Shown piece by piece: positions 52,114 through 62,718 of a stretch of DNA of 64,000 nucleotides (position 1 is its first letter; each line of letters opens with the position of its first letter). The stretch covers positions 6,144,001 through 6,208,000 of the forward strand of contig OZ240241.1 in assembly GCA_965198115.1 (NCBI GenBank), given 5' to 3'. The notes beneath the pieces are model-generated. The model saw only the letters and a program-made list of their open reading frames with translations, was not told where the DNA came from and ran no database searches. Source of the stretch: Candidatus Latescibacterota bacterium (lineage in GTDB: Bacteria; Latescibacterota; UBA2968). A program made the translations under genes and the position numbers.

Positions 52114-52375
52114 TCACTCACCCGCTAGAATGTCGTACTTGCCATCACAGGCGAAAGCCGTCGTTTCTGTCCTCTGACTTCTGTCGTCTGTCCTCTGCAA
52201 CCGGGCGAAGCTATCGTACCCAGAAAGAGCAACATAGGATGGGTGGCGTCCAGGTCAAACCGCTGATTGTTCGGGACGATTGGCATAAGAACTTGACCAC
52301 TGCCCCTCTGAGCGGTATTTGGGATGACCAACTACGAAAAGAATCTCTGCGATCATTTGCACCGAGTGAGGGAAG

Positions 52376-53290
52376 ATGCCCAAGCATCGGGTGAACAGAT
52401 GCATCGAATTGCTCGAACAGGAAGACTATCTCTTCTACGCCAACGCAGGAGAACTCACTCGGTCAAATGGAAGAAAGCATGCGAAGACGTGGGCCGACTT
52501 TCTGATGGTCGATTTCGAACACGATCCTTTCAACGTCGCAGGACTCCGGGCGTTTATGCAAGGCCTGACGGAGGGCGGTCCCACACGATCAGGTCACCGT
52601 ACCCCTGCCGTAATCGCTACGCTCCCTTCGAATGCACGGACGCCTCACGAGGTTCACGTCAATGCCTGGCAGGTTCGACACGTCCTGGCCTCGGGCGTCC
52701 ACGGCATCCTGCACACCCACGTGAGACAGGCTGATGCGGCGAGAGCCTTCGTCGAAGAGTGTCGATACCCCTTCCCCACCACAGGTCTTGGCGGGGGACT
52801 GCGACAGGGTCAACGTGGGTCGGGAGGCCAGAGTTTTCCGGCCGGCATTTGGGGGATCCCAGCATCCGAATACACCAGGCTGGCTGATCCCTGGCCACTC
52901 AACCCCGATGGTGAACTGATGCTCGGGCTAAAAATCGAAGACCGAGAGGGGGCGGCGAACGCCAAATTCATAACAAAGGTACCCGGTATCGCCTTTGCTG
53001 AATGGGGACCTAGCGATATGGCGATGTCCTATGGCCACGCGGACGCACAGAGTCCACCCTACCCATCCGAAATGGAAATCGCAGGTCAATTGGTCAAACA
53101 GGCGTGTGACGTGGCGAGCATCGTCCTGCTGGATGGACCCGACGATAAGCCGGCGGAGAACGAGGACCCCCTGAATCCGGAATCTTGCGTTCGATCGCTG
53201 ATGGAACTGGGTGTTCGGATCATCTCGGGAGGAAGCGAAGAAATGGCCAGGATTGGACGCAGGATATCTGGAAGGACGATGCCCGTGTAA
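52376..53290 (+). CDS. HpcH/HpaI aldolase/citrate lyase-family protein
   Basis: DFEH, GVHGI, KIED and EWGPSDM motifs. Confidence 0.85.
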   Translation: MPKHRVNRCIELLEQEDYLFYANAGELTRSNGRKHAKTWADFLMVDFEHDPFNVAGLRAFMQGLTEGGPTRSGHRTPAVIATLPSNARTPHEVHVNAWQVRHVLASGVHGILHTHVRQADAARAFVEECRYPFPTTGLGGGLRQGQRGSGGQSFPAGIWGIPASEYTRLADPWPLNPDGELMLGLKIEDREGAANAKFITKVPGIAFAEWGPSDMAMSYGHADAQSPPYPSEMEIAGQLVKQACDVASIVLLDGPDDKPAENEDPLNPESCVRSLMELGVRIISGGSEEMARIGRRISGRTMPV

Positions 53291-53298
53291 CATGATCA

Positions 53299-54345
53299 TC
53301 AGCCGAGTGCGTCCTCGATCAATGACTTCATCACGCGGCTTCGTGCACAGTCCAACACGGACTTGCCCCGCTTATTGACCGCGTTGACGTTGGCGCCCCA
53401 CTCGATTAGCGTACGCGCCACATCCATCCGATCCTTCATCGTCACCGCCCGACGAAGAGGCGTGTCCCCCGCGACGTCCGCCGCGTTGACATCCGCTCCC
53501 TGGTCGAGCAGAAATTCGACGTATCGAACGCGTCCGGCCCGGACCGCACGATGAAGCGGCGTCAGTTTCCTCCAGTTTTGGGTCCGAACGTCTGCGCCGT
53601 GCTCGACCAGCAGTTCGGCAACCGCGATTTGATCGTCCTGACTGAACAGATCGTCGAAGTCGGTGTTCCGTTTATCACCCCACCAGAGGACACCGTCCTG
53701 AGGATGGATTGCCAGCAGATGGAGAGGGGTTTCCCTGTGCGCATCCCGAGCCGTCGCGTCGCCCCCACTGTCCAGCAGGAGTTCCACCACATCGGGACGC
53801 CACTGTTCCCCCGCCAGATGGACGGCTGTCGTACCATACTCATCAGCCACCCGGACCAAAGATGGATCGTCCAACAGAGACCGGTTCACATCCTCGACCG
53901 ACGAGCTGACAACCTGGACGAGAAAATGCCGTTTCCCACTAGCCGTTTCCAATATCTCGCAGACATTCGGACGCCCTGTCCGCGCCGCTTGGAGAAGGGG
54001 CGTTTTCCAGGTCTGACACCCCTCGACTTCTGCACCGCGGTCCAGCAGAAGCTGAACGATATCCGGCCGGCCGAAATCGCATGCCCAATGGAGCGGCCGC
54101 TCGAGGTCCGTGTGGGCACTGGTTTTTCCATAACTCGGGCTCGCGTTCGGATCCGCGCCGTGGTCGAGCAGCAGCGTCGCCATCTCGAAGAACCCCTTGC
54201 GAGCAGCGTAGATCAACGGTTCCCATCCATTATGACCACGCAACAGGTCAGGCGATCGAGCAAGCTCCTTCCGTGCGGTTTCCAGATCGTTATTGTTCGC
54301 CGCCTTGGCGAGACCCCGAATCGGTGAATTGCGTCGGCTCGGCAT
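53299..54345 (-). CDS. Ankyrin-repeat protein
   Basis: Repeated TPLH.A..G..VELLL..GADVN units. Confidence 0.93.
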   Translation of the reverse strand: MPSRRNSPIRGLAKAANNNDLETARKELARSPDLLRGHNGWEPLIYAARKGFFEMATLLLDHGADPNASPSYGKTSAHTDLERPLHWACDFGRPDIVQLLLDRGAEVEGCQTWKTPLLQAARTGRPNVCEILETASGKRHFLVQVVSSSVEDVNRSLLDDPSLVRVADEYGTTAVHLAGEQWRPDVVELLLDSGGDATARDAHRETPLHLLAIHPQDGVLWWGDKRNTDFDDLFSQDDQIAVAELLVEHGADVRTQNWRKLTPLHRAVRAGRVRYVEFLLDQGADVNAADVAGDTPLRRAVTMKDRMDVARTLIEWGANVNAVNKRGKSVLDCARSRVMKSLIEDALG

Positions 54346-54353
54346 TCAATGCC

Positions 54354-54916
54354 TCAACTCGCATCGAGTGATGCGAGGTAGTCCGCTACCTTCGTCTTTT
54401 TCTTCTCACGGGCGTAGTTGAGCGGCGTCTTGCCGGCTCTATCCTTCACATTCACTTTCGTACCCGCTTCCACGAGCATCTTCGCAACCCTGGCTGATGC
54501 GTTCCGCTCCGCTGCCCGATGCAGCGGTGTCCGGCCGTCATTCAGCTTCGCGTTCACATCAGCGCCGTGCGCAACTAACCATTCGACCGCCTTTGGATGC
54601 GGGAAGTTGGCCATCGCGTGCAACACGGTCATCCCGTCCTGTCCACGCAGGTTCACGTCGGCGCCGTGTTCGTAGAGCAGGTCAGCGATTTCCGGGCATT
54701 CTTTACAGGCCGTTCCAACCGCGGAAAGACTGAACCCACCGAGCCAGTTTCCGATGCGATTCACGTCTTCACGAAATCCGGGCGACCATACTGCGAGGCC
54801 TGCATCAGCGCCCGATTCAGTAGTCTCTGCGAGGGTGACTTCCCCAGCGCTTCCGCGAACGCCTTCGCGTCTCCTTTCTTAGCCGCGTTCCTGACGAGCA
54901 TCCCTGCGTTTACCAC
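54354..54916 (-). pseudogene. Ankyrin-repeat protein with an internal deletion/frameshift near 54765
   Basis: ..ALMQASQYGRPDFVK jumps out of frame to DVNRIG..; the expected LL..GA segment is missing. Confidence 0.75.
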
Positions 54917-54955
54917 CCTTGTCCTTTCCAAGGTCACCACGTGCTGTTCAAGGTC

Positions 54956-56017
54956 TCAGTTCAGCAATTCGCCACAATCCCAATCACCGAATGCCTCCAT
55001 TGCACGTCTCATCGAAAACACACGCTTCCAGATGATGGGACAGAACGTCGTAGAAACGATCGACAGTCTGAAATCGTACTCGAAATCTGGCCGACTGTAG
55101 TCGGTCACACCACTTTCCACCAGTCTCTCGAAATAGAGATCCAGCAGCGGACCCTCGAGTTCGCGACGTCCTGCCGTACCGTGGACCAACATATACGCCA
55201 GGTCGTATGCACCGAGCCCTCGCTTGTAGGTCTCCCAATCGAAAAGGATGATCGGGTCTCGACTGGCATCTTTCGGATAGTAGAAGTTCCCAAGATGCGA
55301 ATCACCGTGGAGCAAGGTGATGTGTTTCCCACCCTCGACACGGCTGAGAAAAACATCCGCGTAGCGATCGATCACTGCCTCCATCGTCGTGATCCAATCG
55401 GGTTCCATCTCATCTCCGGCCTTGTCCACAAGCTGCTGGAGATGGGAGGCACACTCAACGCAGTTTTTCGCACGTTTTCTGGCTTTCCGGCCTGAGCCAT
55501 CCTCAGCGGTCCACCTAACCGTTCAAGAAACGGCCACGCGTCCAGTCTTGGATCGTTCCACCATCGCACGTGGTATTTGAGCAGCTCTTCCACGACTTCC
55601 CGGTGCGGGCGATCCTTCCAGTTCTCCGGAGCGTCCTGGTGAGTGATCGAAAGGTCGGGCATCAGGAAGTGACAATCCTTCTCGTCGTGATCAATCGCAC
55701 AATCATAGACGGGGCAGACGTGAACGCCCGGCGTATCCGGAGCCAGTTCAGAGTAGAACGTCCACTCGACGACCCCCCCCACCGAACCACCCCTCACGAT
55801 AGAGCTTGAGGACGATGTTTCCTGGAACATCGCCCTCATAGTCGTCACTGAACGTCACTTTCAGCCGATGCCAGAACGCCGCTGACGAATCGAACATATC
55901 CGTCTCCTCGACACGCTCGACTTGTCCCCGATGCAGAAAGCCGTTCCGCGACAGCCGTTCCGTCAGCAACTCCGGTGTGATCTCCCCGGCGGATCGAATC
56001 GGCTCAGACAGTGTCAT
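54956..56017 (-). pseudogene. APH/EcKinase-like phosphotransferase with two frameshifts (near 55775 and 55440)
   Basis: IVLK, FYSELAP, LLHGDSHLGN, FDWE and DLAY motifs spread over three overlapping ORFs; first shift in a G run. Confidence 0.85.
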
Positions 56018-56098
56018 AGGGTCTATGCTTGCACCACTATCTGGGAGAAACGATTACTCTCCCAATCCGTATGATCGGTGTGTTCGCTGGTTCCATCT

Positions 56099-56446
56099 TT
56101 ACCGATTCGAAATCTGAAACGTGTTCCCCTCCGGGTCCTCCCCGTCCGAGAATTTCAGCTCGCCGAACGTTTGAACCCCGCGCATTTTCACACCCTTGAG
56201 AACCAGTTGTTCGTGAACGCTCGCCACATCGCTCGAATAGAAACACACCTTGTTGTAGGATGCCGGTTTGCCCTCTGGATCAAAGGCCTTGTGCAAAGCG
56301 ATGGTCACGGGGCCCGCTTCGAACTCCTGCCACTCGTCCGCATTGTCGGGGTCCCGAGCTGCCAGACCGAGCACCTCACCGTAGAACGCCTTCATCTTGG
56401 GCATATCGTTCACGAAGTAGATGATTCGTTTCATCTCGAATGACAT
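56099..56446 (-). CDS. VOC/glyoxalase-family protein
   Basis: FYGEVLGL and DPEGNTFQI motifs. Confidence 0.9.
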   Translation of the reverse strand: MSFEMKRIIYFVNDMPKMKAFYGEVLGLAARDPDNADEWQEFEAGPVTIALHKAFDPEGKPASYNKVCFYSSDVASVHEQLVLKGVKMRGVQTFGELKFSDGEDPEGNTFQISNR

Positions 56447-56465
56447 AGGGCCTCCGTCTGAGAAC

Positions 56466-56826
56466 TCATTCGCTCACGCCGAATCCTTCGATTCGATCTA
56501 CCGGGAACCGGTCCTCATTTCTCCCCAGTTTAGCGATGATCGCCGTGCTGACGTCCAGATTCGTATGCCTTGCGAAACTCAGGCAGTAGATCATTCACGT
56601 CTGCGATCTCCTCCTCCACTTTCGCCTTCACGTCGGGATCCTCCATCGAGGCTCTGGCTTCCTCGACGGTCGTCCACTGGAAGTGTTCCATAATCTCCGC
56701 AGCCTCGATCGCGATGCTCATCGCCAGGTTCTTCGGCGTATGGTAGCGCGACCAGTCCCGCGCATCGATAAACGCTCCCACCGCCTCCTTCAGCTCGGCG
56801 ACAGTAGCTGAATCGTCCCTCTTCAT
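56466..56826 (-). pseudogene. MazG-like nucleotide pyrophosphohydrolase with a +1 frameshift near 56595
   Basis: RDWSRYHTPKNLAMSIAIEAAEIMEHFQW..EEIADV; removing one A gives MIYCL..KLGRNEDRFPV..* at 56466. Confidence 0.88.
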
Positions 56827-56906
56827 TGCGCCTCTCTATCTTATGTAGAACACCCGAATCCCAGGCGTGCTTATACCCCGACTGGATCTTTCTTCGTGTC
56901 TTGGTG

Positions 56907-57278
56907 TCATCGTGGTTCGGCCTTTCTGTCCATCGCATAGCCGGTTGCGGTCAGCACAAAGCCTAACCCCACAATGAATAGGAGGACCATCATCAGAGGG
57001 TCCTCGTGTCGAACGTAGAACCAGATCAATGCCGTAAGGATCATCAAGCGGACGAGCAGAGTCGTCGCGTAGAGTTGCGTCAGATGGTGACGAATCATCT
57101 GGGTCACCAGAATCCCAATCGCCACGAGCAACAAACCGACGAACCGAACCATCACCTCATCGTATTCACCCGTCGCCCCGAATAACTGGAGCATCGCCAT
57201 CGGCATCGCGAAGAACCCCAGCCCGCCGAACAACGTGTACCCCGCCAGGTAGTGGAGGCTCAATCGCGTTTTTCGCAT
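56907..57278 (-). CDS. Small integral membrane protein (about 4 TM)
   Basis: Four hydrophobic segments. Confidence 0.75.
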   Translation of the reverse strand: MRKTRLSLHYLAGYTLFGGLGFFAMPMAMLQLFGATGEYDEVMVRFVGLLLVAIGILVTQMIRHHLTQLYATTLLVRLMILTALIWFYVRHEDPLMMVLLFIVGLGFVLTATGYAMDRKAEPR

Positions 57279-57493
57279 TCGGTTCCCCCGTAAAGCCGCT
57301 CATCGTGAATCCGAGTTCGCGGCCGGGAGGCCGCTCCCACCAGAAATCGGGAAGCCGTCTTCTGTGTCAACCGGCTACCTTCTGTTCCCACCGGAGGAGA
57401 AGTCGCACCAAGATATTGACACGCCTGCTCACCCCGTCGCCCGCTCTCCTGGTCTCCCGCTCTGCCTCTCCCCTGCTCCCTGCCCCTCAGCTG

Positions 57494-60238
57494 TCAATGA
57501 GCATCCAGCCAGTTATCCCCGACGCCCAGCTCCACCACGATCTTCACCTTCATCGGAATCGCGGTCATCATTCCTTCCTCGACCAGAGGTGGCAATACAT
57601 CCGCCTCATCCTTATGCATATCGAAAACCAGTTCATCGTGAACCTGCAATAGCATCTTCGACCGCAGCCCCTCGTTTCGCATCGCCTTGTGAATTTTCGA
57701 CATCGCGATCTTGATCATATCCGCCGCCGATCCCTGGATCGGTGAGTTGATCGCGTTCCGTTCGGCCGCATTGCGCTGCGTCGCGTTTCGGGAGGTAATG
57801 TCCCTCAGAAATCGTCGACGTCCCGTGATCGTCTCCACGTATCCGTGTTCGCGCGCAAACTCCACGGTCGACTCCATATACTTTCGGATCCCCGGATACT
57901 GATCGAGATAGCCGTCGATCAAATCCTTCGCATCTCCCCGCGGAATGTCCAAGCGATCGGCCAACCCGAAAGCTGAAATGCCGTAGATGATCCCGAAGTT
58001 GACCATCTTCGCGCGACGACGCATCTCCGGTGTGACTCCGCCCTTATCCACGTGAAAGACCCGCATCGACGTCGTCTCGTGAATGTCTGCGCCTTCTTCG
58101 AACGCGGCCTTCATCGCGGTATCGTCGCTGATCTCCGACACGATCCGCAATTCGATCTGGGAATAGTCCGCAGCCAGCAGGACGTGATTTTCGTCTCGTG
58201 GAACGAAAGCCCGTCGGATTTCGCGTCCCTGGTCGCTCCTCACGGGGATGTTCTGCAGATTCGGATTGCTCGACTGCATCCGACCCGTAGCCGTCACTGC
58301 CTGCTCGTAGTTCGTGTGAATACGCCCCGTCTTCTCGAACACGGCCCCGGGCAACATATCCACATACGTCGACTTCAGTTTCGTGCTCTCGCGATAGTGG
58401 AGCACCTGTGCCGCGATCTCGTGACGGTTCGCAAGACGCGTCAGTACACGCTCGTTCGTCTGATACTGTTTGCTCTTGGCCGTCCGCCGAGCGTTCGCAT
58501 CCAGCATCAACTTTTCGAAAAACATCTCACCCAGCTGTTTGGGCGAATTCAGGTTGAATTCCTCTCCCGCCAATTCGAAGATCCGATCCCGTGTCCGGTC
58601 TATCTCGTTCTGCAATCCGTCAGCCAGTTCCTTCAGCACCGGCTTGTCCAAACGAATCCCCTCATACTGCATATCCACGAGGACCGGCAGCAGCGGCGCC
58701 TCGACCTCCTCGAACACAGCCTCCTGCTTCTCTTCGGCGATGCGTGGTTTAAGTTTCTCCCACAGCTGGAGCGTGATGTCGGCATCCTCCGTAGCGTACT
58801 CGGCCACATCCTCGACCCGAACCTCGCGCATACTCTTCTGCTCTTTGCCCTTCTCACCGATCAGGTCGGCGATCGATCGCGGCTTGTAGCCCAGAATCGC
58901 CTGCGCCAGAAAATCCATATTGATCCGCATATCGGGTTCGGTCAGATGCGCGGCCAGCATCGTATCGTAGATCGGACCTTCAACACGAATCCCGTGCCAC
59001 CGCAGGACCAGCAGATCGTACTTCAGATTGTGACCGATCGTCCCGATTTCGGCGGCCTCGAGGACCGGCCTGAATTCTTCCAGAATCGCAAGTGCTTCGT
59101 CGCGCTCCTCAGGAATCGGCACATACGTCCCCGTGTGTGGCTCCACACAAAAGGCGATCCCCACGATGTCCGAGCTCTTCGCACTCAGAGCCGACGTCTC
59201 GATGTCCATACAAAACGCCTTCTGCTTCTTCAGCGAGGCAACGAGTTTCTTCCGTTTTTCCTCCGTGTCCGCAATGTCGTAGACGTGCTCGACATCCACG
59301 ATCGTCTTGACTTCGACATCATCCCCTAGCGCCAGTGTTTGTTGCGGCGCAACTTCGAACGCATCCCCGAAGACCCGCTTTCCGAGGACTTGAAACTCCA
59401 ATTCTTCGAAAACTTCCTTCAACGCCTCGACGTTCTTCTCTCGGATCTCATAGTTGCCGAAATCGATATCCATCTCCACGTCCGTGTCGATGGTCACCAG
59501 CTTCTTCGACAGCTCGGCCAGTTCGCGGTTTTCTTCGAACCGCTCCTTCTGTTTCCCCTTCAGCTTGTCGACATTCGCCAACAGGTTTTCCACGCTGTCG
59601 AAATCCGCAATCAGTTTCTGCGCCGTCTTTTCGCCCACGCCAGGCACACCGGGCACGTTGTCGCTCGTGTCACCCATCAGCGCCAGAATGTCGATCACCT
59701 GATCCACACGCTCGATCTGCCATTTGTCGAGCACCTCCCGAACCCCGTGAATCTCCGGATCGCCTCCCGATCGTCCAGGCCGATACAGCAGTGTCTTTTC
59801 CGTCACCAGCTGGGCGAAGTCTTTGTCCGGCGTCACCATATAGGTTGTGAAGCCTTCGGGCTCGGCTTGCCGTGCGACGGTTCCGATCACATCGTCTGCT
59901 TCCACCTCCCGAACCCGCAAAACGGGCAGGTTGAAACCCTCCACGATCTTGAACACGTAGGGCAGACCGTCGCGAATGTCTTCCGGCATCGATTCCCGTT
60001 GCGCTTTGTAGTCCGGATAGAGATCGAGCCGTGTCTGGGGGGGACCCGTGTCGAACGCCACAGCCATATGCGTCGGCTTCTGCTTCGTCCAGAGATCCAG
60101 CAGTGTCGTCGTGAAGATGAACGGCATCGACGTGTTCCTCCCCGCCGACGTCGTCCTCGGGTTCCGGATCATCGCAAAATGGGCGCGGTAGGCCAGCGCC
60201 ATACCGTCCAGGAGAAACAGCTTCTTCTCGTTTGGCAT
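57494..60238 (-). CDS. polA: DNA polymerase I
   Basis: LLDGMALAYRAHFA, EADDVIG, DIET, ADYSQIELR, AKMVNFGIIYG and LQVHDEL motifs. Confidence 0.99.
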   Translation of the reverse strand: MPNEKKLFLLDGMALAYRAHFAMIRNPRTTSAGRNTSMPFIFTTTLLDLWTKQKPTHMAVAFDTGPPQTRLDLYPDYKAQRESMPEDIRDGLPYVFKIVEGFNLPVLRVREVEADDVIGTVARQAEPEGFTTYMVTPDKDFAQLVTEKTLLYRPGRSGGDPEIHGVREVLDKWQIERVDQVIDILALMGDTSDNVPGVPGVGEKTAQKLIADFDSVENLLANVDKLKGKQKERFEENRELAELSKKLVTIDTDVEMDIDFGNYEIREKNVEALKEVFEELEFQVLGKRVFGDAFEVAPQQTLALGDDVEVKTIVDVEHVYDIADTEEKRKKLVASLKKQKAFCMDIETSALSAKSSDIVGIAFCVEPHTGTYVPIPEERDEALAILEEFRPVLEAAEIGTIGHNLKYDLLVLRWHGIRVEGPIYDTMLAAHLTEPDMRINMDFLAQAILGYKPRSIADLIGEKGKEQKSMREVRVEDVAEYATEDADITLQLWEKLKPRIAEEKQEAVFEEVEAPLLPVLVDMQYEGIRLDKPVLKELADGLQNEIDRTRDRIFELAGEEFNLNSPKQLGEMFFEKLMLDANARRTAKSKQYQTNERVLTRLANRHEIAAQVLHYRESTKLKSTYVDMLPGAVFEKTGRIHTNYEQAVTATGRMQSSNPNLQNIPVRSDQGREIRRAFVPRDENHVLLAADYSQIELRIVSEISDDTAMKAAFEEGADIHETTSMRVFHVDKGGVTPEMRRRAKMVNFGIIYGISAFGLADRLDIPRGDAKDLIDGYLDQYPGIRKYMESTVEFAREHGYVETITGRRRFLRDITSRNATQRNAAERNAINSPIQGSAADMIKIAMSKIHKAMRNEGLRSKMLLQVHDELVFDMHKDEADVLPPLVEEGMMTAIPMKVKIVVELGVGDNWLDAH

Positions 60239-60397
60239 TTTTGGGGTCCCGGTTTTCAGCAGCGAACGAAAAACACCGTTAGTTCGAGCGGAGTCGAGAA
60301 CTCGGTTGTAGGAAAGTCCGGGAAGGTGGGGGGAATCGGCAGTATACAAAACATCTTGTGGCTTTTCAATTGGCAAGCCCAACCGTACTTTGCATAA

Positions 60398-60981
60398 ATG
60401 TCGCTCAAAGACTTTCGAAATCCTGTAGAACTACGGAAAAATCAGTACGCGACCTCCGTCAATCTCAACGCCCGCGCCAACCTGCACGAAAACCATTCCA
60501 CCAACCGTGTACCCTGGTTCAGATGGTACTTTGATCAGATCCGTGTGCCCTCGGGCATCTCGATGTTCGAAATCGGGTGCGGGCCGGGTCATTTCTGGCG
60601 CCAGAACGACGATCGCATTCCGGCTTCCATATACCACCTCTCGGATCATTCCATAGGAATGGTCAAGGAGACTCGAGCGTATTAGCATCGCTGCCCGGGT
60701 TTCGTTTTCTCAGTGCTCGACGCCCGCATCCTTCCGTTTCCCGACGCCTCTTTTGACCTCGTGATGGCGAACCATATACTTTACCACGTGCCCGAACGGC
60801 AGCGCGCACTCGCCGAAATCGCTCGAGTGTTGACATCTCGAGGACAGTTTTACGCGGCGACTAACGGCGACGCTCATATGAAAGAGCTGGGTGAAGTTCT
60901 ACGAACCATCAAGCCAGACGTCTATGAGGGAGCTAGTTCGGATCCATTCAGCCTTGAGACAGGCGAGGAACAGCTCTCTAG
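60398..60981 (+). pseudogene. Class I SAM methyltransferase with in-frame TAG 60683-85, truncated by IS1380
   Basis: EIGCGPG, LPFPDASFDLVMANHILYHVP; coding ends at the IS1380 IR-like sequence at 60982. Confidence 0.85.
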
Positions 60982-62598
60982 CCTGAATCATGCATGAATT
61001 TGAGTTTAGGTTGTTTTGGAGTGATGTGATCACGCACAGGATTTGTTCTCGGCTTCTTCGGATGTCCAAGGTCCCGTAAGCGGTCTCTACGAGTCGCAAG
61101 AGTCACGATTTTCGTCCGGAACAGGTGTTGTTTTGCGACGTGTACATAGCTGTCCCCGGTATAGATCGGCGTTGTTACTGCGTGTTCGTTTCGAGCCTGG
61201 TGATGATTGACACCAAGACGTTTTTGAGTGGATACGATGTTGGAAAATGGAATCGGATTCTTCGTGCGCTTTCAATGACTCTCGCGCCGATTTTGAGGAA
61301 ACGGTTCTGTATCGTGTTGACCTGAGGTTTGGTCCACGCGGTGCCCTTGAGTCCCTGTGATCGGAGTGCGTGAAGCAAGGTGTATGCAGCACTGTGTAGA
61401 AAGAGTCGGAACTGGTTGGCTTCAAACTTGTGGCACGATGTTCGATCGGAGTGAAGGAATGTTTTGTGGTCCTTGATGAAGCCTTCCGTGCGTCCCCTTG
61501 CGCAGTAGATACGATCATAGATAAAGCCGTCTCGATTACTCTGTAAATTGGTCACGCGGTATCTTGGATTTGCTTCGCCGTTTGTGACTTCAGCCTTGTG
61601 AATGATCCGGCGAGGCTGCCGGTAGGTGCCAGCCTGATATGAGAAGGATGAGAACAAGCGAATCGTCTCCTTATGCTCGCTCAGACGTAGCGCTTGGTCC
61701 ATCAGGTTTTGTCCAGCCGCTTTGAGCTTGGAGTTGGCGCCCTGGCCCAGAACGTAGTAGATACCGTTGTCTTCGCAGAAATCGTGCATCTCTGGTGAGC
61801 TGAACTTTGAGTCTGCGCGAACGATGATCTCCACGTTTGGCCAAGATCCGCGTAGGTGTTCCACCAAGCGCTTGAGAATAGAAACGACCTGTTTACCGTT
61901 CGTCGGATGCCCGGGTCTCAAGATCGTCGTAATGAGCTTGCCGCTTTGGCCTTCATAGATATGTAGCGGCATATAGCAGTGTTCATTGTAATACGCGTTG
62001 AAGAGTGAAAATTGTTGCGCACCGTGCGTTGGGTCATCCGTGTCGTCGATATCGAGAATGATGCTTGGGGGTGCCTGGTCATACGATGCGATGAACCCGT
62101 CTACAAAAGCCCGTGCGAGCCGATACAAATCCGAGCGTCGCACATCATTCTCAAGTCGTGTCATCGTTGATTGGCTCCCGAGATCAGGACCGGAAAGAGG
62201 AAGCCGATCGCAGGCAGCCTTGACGCCCGGATCGTGGCGCAAATCATCACAATCGACGGCATCTTCATAGCCGCAAGCGATCTGAAAAACACGCTGCTTC
62301 ACAAGATCCAAAAGCGTGTGATCGATATAGCTTGGGTGACGACGATCTCGCAAAGCATCTACCATTCTGGCGATCAATCCCATCTGAGACTCAAGGGCGC
62401 GAAGCAACAGAACTCCACCGTCACTCCTGACGGCGCCACCGGCAAAATCAGCCTCAACTACCTTGCCCGAAATGCTTGCGAATGGTAACCGGATCTGACT
62501 AGGTTCTATCACGGTAGTTCCTTCCAAGTGTTGTTTTGATGTGTCAGCCCTAATGTAGGGAAAAACAAACACTTGTACAAGGAGACTACCTTTTTTAT
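60982..62598 (-). mobile_element. IS1380-family IS; left end not recognisable in the window
   Basis: CCTGAATCATGCAT terminus at 60982 coincides with the gene truncation; no matching IR upstream of the transposase. Confidence 0.7.
61175..62512 (-). CDS. IS1380-family transposase
   Basis: SDGGVLLL, GYEDAVD..LRHDP, SQSTMTRLEN, LDIDDTDDPTHGAQQ, RADS, YCARGRTEGFIKD and ANQFRL motifs; GTG 62512 after GGAAGG. Confidence 0.95.
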   Translation of the reverse strand: MIEPSQIRLPFASISGKVVEADFAGGAVRSDGGVLLLRALESQMGLIARMVDALRDRRHPSYIDHTLLDLVKQRVFQIACGYEDAVDCDDLRHDPGVKAACDRLPLSGPDLGSQSTMTRLENDVRRSDLYRLARAFVDGFIASYDQAPPSIILDIDDTDDPTHGAQQFSLFNAYYNEHCYMPLHIYEGQSGKLITTILRPGHPTNGKQVVSILKRLVEHLRGSWPNVEIIVRADSKFSSPEMHDFCEDNGIYYVLGQGANSKLKAAGQNLMDQALRLSEHKETIRLFSSFSYQAGTYRQPRRIIHKAEVTNGEANPRYRVTNLQSNRDGFIYDRIYCARGRTEGFIKDHKTFLHSDRTSCHKFEANQFRLFLHSAAYTLLHALRSQGLKGTAWTKPQVNTIQNRFLKIGARVIESARRIRFHFPTSYPLKNVLVSIITRLETNTQ

Positions 62599-62718
62599 GG
62601 GAATTACATACGTGAGTAGACAACCAGGTAGATACCAGAAAGGGGCGGGACAATGAACGGCGGAAAACTGAAACCGGGATGGAGAGAGGGAATCGAGCGG
62701 ATAAAGAGAGAAGATCAG

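Noticed and set aside
5120-60685. Genome-wide TAG reassignment suggested by three in-frame ambers (5120, 22643, 60683)
   Set aside because: Many genes end at TAG at the expected family C-terminus (both FKBPs, TonB receptor, ABC half, UxuA-like). 22643 is a simple TGG>TAG change, and 60683 can be explained by two compensating indels (LASLPGFRF frame).
62615-62631. CCAGG|TAG as the IS1380 left IR and TSD
   Set aside because: Only 4 terminal bases match the 60982 end, and the interrupted methyltransferase does not resume after it.
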